The notes beneath the pieces are model-generated. The model was given only the letters and a program-made list of their open reading frames with translations, was not told where the DNA came from and searched no databases. This document shows positions 60,467 to 64,000 of a stretch of DNA of 64,000 bases, piece by piece. Both the position numbers and the translations under genes were made by a program. How positions within the stretch are numbered: position 1 is the stretch's first letter; each line of letters starts with the position of its first letter. Source of the stretch: Phaeosaccion multiseriatum (Eukaryota > Protista > Ochrophyta, other classes); NCBI GenBank assembly GCA_965112735.1, contig OZ218952.1:4836001-4900000 (forward strand). The letters run 5' to 3'.

Positions 60467-62803
60467 CGCTGCTGCTGTTTCTACGACTACTACTAACACT
60501 GCTATTACTGCTGCTGCTGCTACTCATCTTTCTCTTGCGTCCGCTGCGACTCTCCATATCAACAGCCACCCCTCTCTCCACCTCTCTCTGTCTGTCTCTA
60601 TCTGCCTCTCTCTCTGTCTCCACCACCTCTCTCTGTCTGTCTCTATCTGCCTCTCTCTCTGTCTCCACCACCTCTCTCTGTCTGTCTCTATCTGCCTCTC
60701 TCTCTGTCTCCACCACCTCTCTCTGTCTGTCTCTATCTGCCTCTCTCTCTGTCTCCACCACCTCTCTCTGTCTGTCTCTATCTGCCTCCCTCTCTGTCTC
60801 CACCACCTCTCTCTGTCTGTCTCTATCTGCCTCCCTCTCTGTCTCCGCCACCCCGTTGCTGGCTTGTCCGCCCCCCTCCACGCGACTTGGGGGCACTTCC
60901 CGCTGCAGGACGAGGGCACCTCCTTGCCTGATATACACCTCAGATGGCAGCAAACACGCCCCCCCCAAGAGGCGGAGTCGATCGCGAGCGACAGACGACT
61001 GCACAGCAAAGTCCACGGGGAGGTACTCATTCTTCGGTGGGAAGTGCTCGTGCAGCAGGCCGAGGCGCTGGTAAAGGCCCGCCGCCAGCTCACTGCAAAA
61101 CAGGCCTTCTGCGTCTCGCTGCTGCTGTATCACCAACTGATCTAGCTGCCCATCATCCCCAGGCGGGGCGTTCTCGAAGAGGCTCCTCTCTGTGGCCGCC
61201 AATCGCCTCCTGAGCCTGGACAAGCGCTCCGCTCGCTCAGCAGACTGCTCAGCAGACTGCCCAGAAGACTGCCCATATGACTGGTCACATGACTGGTCAC
61301 ATGACTGTCCGTGTGACTGTCCGTGTGACTGTCCGTGTGACTGTCCGTGTGCCTGCCCGGCGTCCTGCAGCTCTACCGGCGGGTGGTAAGAGGAGGAGGA
61401 GGAGGAGGAGAAGAAGGGGTGGGGGAGGAGGAGGAGGAGGAGGAGGAGGAGAAGAAGGGGTGGGGAAGGAGAAGAAGGGGTGGGGGAGGAGGAGGAGGAG
61501 GAGGAGAAGAAGGGGTGGGGAAGGAGAAGAAGGGGGGGGGGAGGAGGAGGAGGAGGAGGAGAAGAAGGGGGTGGGGGAGGAGGAGGAGGGGGGAGGAGGG
61601 GTGGGGGAGGAGGAGGAGGAGGAGGAGAAGGGGTGGGGAAGGGGTGGGGGTGGGGATGGTGTAGAAGGAGAAGAAGGGGTGGGGGAGGAGGAGGAGGAGG
61701 AGGAGAAGAAGGGGTGGGGAAGGAGAAGAAGGGGTGGGGGAGGAGGAGGAGGAGGAGGAGAAGAAGGGGTGGGGGAGGAGGAGGAGGAGGAGGAGAAGAA
61801 GAAGGGGTGGGGGAGGGGATGGTGTAGAAGGAGAAGAAGGGGTGGGGGAGGAGGAGGAGGAGGAGGAGAAGAAGGGGTGGGGAAGGAGAAGAAGGGGTGG
61901 GGGAGGAGGAGGAGGAGGAGGAGAAGAAGGGGTGGGGGAGGAGGAGGAGGAGGAGGAGGAGGAGAAGAAGGGGTGGGGGAGGGGATGGTGTAGAAGGAGA
62001 AGAAGGGGTGGGGGAGGGGATGGTGTAGAAGAGAGACACCCAATCAATCGCCGACAAGCGCTGCACAAGCGCTGCACCAGCCACTCACTCGCGCAGCCAA
62101 GTCCGGTAGCCCGCCTCCCTCCCTCCGCCCGCAGGACCCCCGCTGACGCCCTCTCCGTGCCTCTCCTCCTTCCTTCCTCAAGTCACTCACTCACTCACCT
62201 GCGTGGAGCTTTCTGCGGTGCACCTTGGAAGGCAGCCCATCCGCGGCGGCGTTGAAGAGCTGCCCGAAGGACCCCTTGTAGGGCAAGTGCGACACACTTG
62301 CCACGTACTCTCGAGCTGCGGCGTCATGCTCCCGCCTAAGGGAGGGTGATAAAAGAGCCGCAAAGCGAGGTTAGAGTGCAGAAGAGCGGCAATGAGAGCC
62401 CAACCGTGGCCGCACCTCCACTCGTCGCAGACCGACAGCCTTCGCACGGCGATCTTGTGCGCCTTGCTCCGGAGCAGCCGCTGCCCAAGCTCATAGCACG
62501 TGACTCCTGAGAAGGCCGCCTCTACAAGCCGCTTGGTTCCCGTATCGTCGATGTACACCACGCCTGAGAGGAGGCGACGATTTCAGCTAGGGCCAAACAA
62601 ATCTCTCGCGAGTCGGGCCAAAGTCCCCATATCTTACCGAGATGATCCCACTCTGTGCTGTGCAGGAACTTGGTCGCGAGGCAGATCGCTCCACCCACGG
62701 CACCCATTGAGCCGCACGGCCGACTGAAGAGCACAATGTCTCCAGTGTCCAGTCCGGCGACCACATTCTCCACAATCAACGTCTCACTTCTGCTCCTCTT
62801 CAT
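57689..62803 (-). CDS. Fusion protein: permuted papain-like (YiiX/YaeF, C92-like NlpC/P60) amidase domain plus SLC25 mitochondrial carrier; the 5' end may extend to about 63304
   Basis: Exons about 62803-62638, 62563-62416, 62335-62199, 61372-59491, 58877-58715, 58141-57689. N-terminal LDTGDIVLF...WDHLGVV...IAVRRL...PY...LFCSELAAGLYQRLG...YLPVDF. C-terminal three carrier repeats: APLERLKILRQ / GLFRGNSVNCVRI, NPLEMLRSR, FPFDGIRRRAQ / GVLGLY. Confidence 0.8.
59074..59296. repeat. 10-bp unit minisatellite (GTCACTCCTT)n
   Basis: Many copies in a carrier-gene intron. Confidence 0.9.
60577..60850 (-). repeat. Coding 45-bp tandem repeat x6 (VETEREADRDRQREV)
   Basis: In-frame repeat in the linker between the amidase and carrier domains. 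Confidence 0.92.
61390..62035. repeat. Compound GA-rich minisatellite (GGAGAAGAAGGGGTGGGG / GAG runs)
   Basis: Fills intron 62198-61373 of the carrier fusion gene and generates spurious poly-P/L/S ORFs. Confidence 0.9.
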
Positions 62804-64000
62804 CTGCCTCCCCCCCCTGCTGCTCTTGTGCTGCTACTACTGCTCGTGCTGCTACATGCAGGAAGAAAGGATGCGGAAGAAAGAAGAGAGGGAAGAGAGA
62901 AGAGAGGAGAGTGTGAGATGGTAAGTTAGTGACCTCAACATCCAAACCGCCATCTGTGATGAACCAACTCAGACCGTCCGTGATCAAATTGCCCGATCCA
63001 CCGACATCTCCTTTCTCATGAAATTCAATACTCTACTGCTTGCCTCTCTGAGTGTAGTTGCGCCTCGAGCCGGGTCTGCTTTCGGGATTGGATCTATATT
63101 TGGAATGGGAAACAGGATGAGGTAAGAGGAGGGAGGACAATGGAAAGGCGGGCAAGAGAGCGGGGCAGGGCGGGGGGGGAGGAGGTCAGTTGCAACTGAA
63201 GGAGGTGTGCCCCCTGGAGCCGCTGAGTTGCCTTCTTCCCTTACCAGCGAAGAGAAGGCCCTTGAAGGCCCTGAAGCCCCACTGCCCTGGCCAGGCTTGC
63301 TCATGCAGCGGCCGAGTCTCCTCCCCTCCCTTGTCCCTTGTGCGCCTCGGCCCCGCCGCGTGTGGTGGAGCCAGTCCCGTGCTGCTCCGCACGAGGAAAA
63401 GTTCGGCGACTCGGACAGTTCCAGATGGCCACCCGTCCCGCTTGATTCTGACTCAGTCCGATGTTGTTGTCTGTTGTCTGGTCTCTCAGCTCTTCATCAG
63501 CGTCTTCGAAGTACCCCATCCAGTGTGAGGAGAGTGTTATGAAGCCCAAGGCGCACGGAACTTGCGAGACGCCCGTGCAGCAAAACCTGGTGAGTCGAAT
63601 GGAGAAGCGGGTGGTGGGGCCCGAGAGTTTGAGAGAGACGGATTGTTTTGAGATTGGGTGACATCGATGCAGCTCCGGGAATGCAAAGCCCGACAGCCTA
63701 TTTATACCCGCAAGTACCGGTGTAAACAGCATGCCGCGCAGCTGCTCTGAAAAGTCTCAAAAAGCAGTTGCGGCTTGGACTGTGCAGCAGCACCAGCACC
63801 AGGATAATGGCACCAAGCTGCTCCATCGGCCTTCGCCTCTCTGCCCATTCCCATCTGCCTCTGACCCTCTCCCCTCCCCGCTACCTGTGCTTAACCCCCG
63901 GGTCCTGCCTGCCTTCTTACCTGTGCTGCCGCGTGTGTGTTTGTGTCTCGCGCTCACGTGTGCTCGGACACCAACAACCACCAACAACAACAACAACATC

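Noticed and set aside
61297-62084. Poly-P/L/S segment at the start of the 888-aa ORF and overlapping ORFs
   Set aside because: Lies in intron 62198-61373; the flanking exons join in frame without it.

Overview
Eukaryotic nuclear DNA: GC-rich, gene-dense, with many GT-AG introns filled with microsatellites. A protist or alga, possibly a stramenopile with a flagellated stage (TTC29 present); the taxon is an inference. Manual splicing supports 13 protein-coding genes: type-B carboxylesterase (-), ENY2/Sus1-like (+), RPB3 (-), TRAPPC10/Trs130 (+), PFK-2/FBPase-2 (+), RPL24 (-), RPAP2/Rtr1 (-), TTC29 (+), a small acylated PH-like protein (-), RPT4 (+), GOT1 (-), a PH-PH-GRAM membrane protein (+) and a permuted papain-like amidase fused to an SLC25 carrier (-). 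Most of the supplied ORFs are low-complexity noise. The main unexplained signals are: (1) a dispersed 15-bp motif, CAGTTGGTGATACAG (about 22 copies, 8 exact), found in exons, where it is translated in several frames, and next to splice sites; (2) the amidase-carrier fusion; (3) two strongly base-paired elements in an RPL24 intron; (4) a small element bounded by inverted and direct repeats with an internal tandem array. Exon boundaries were read by eye and some may be off by a few nt.
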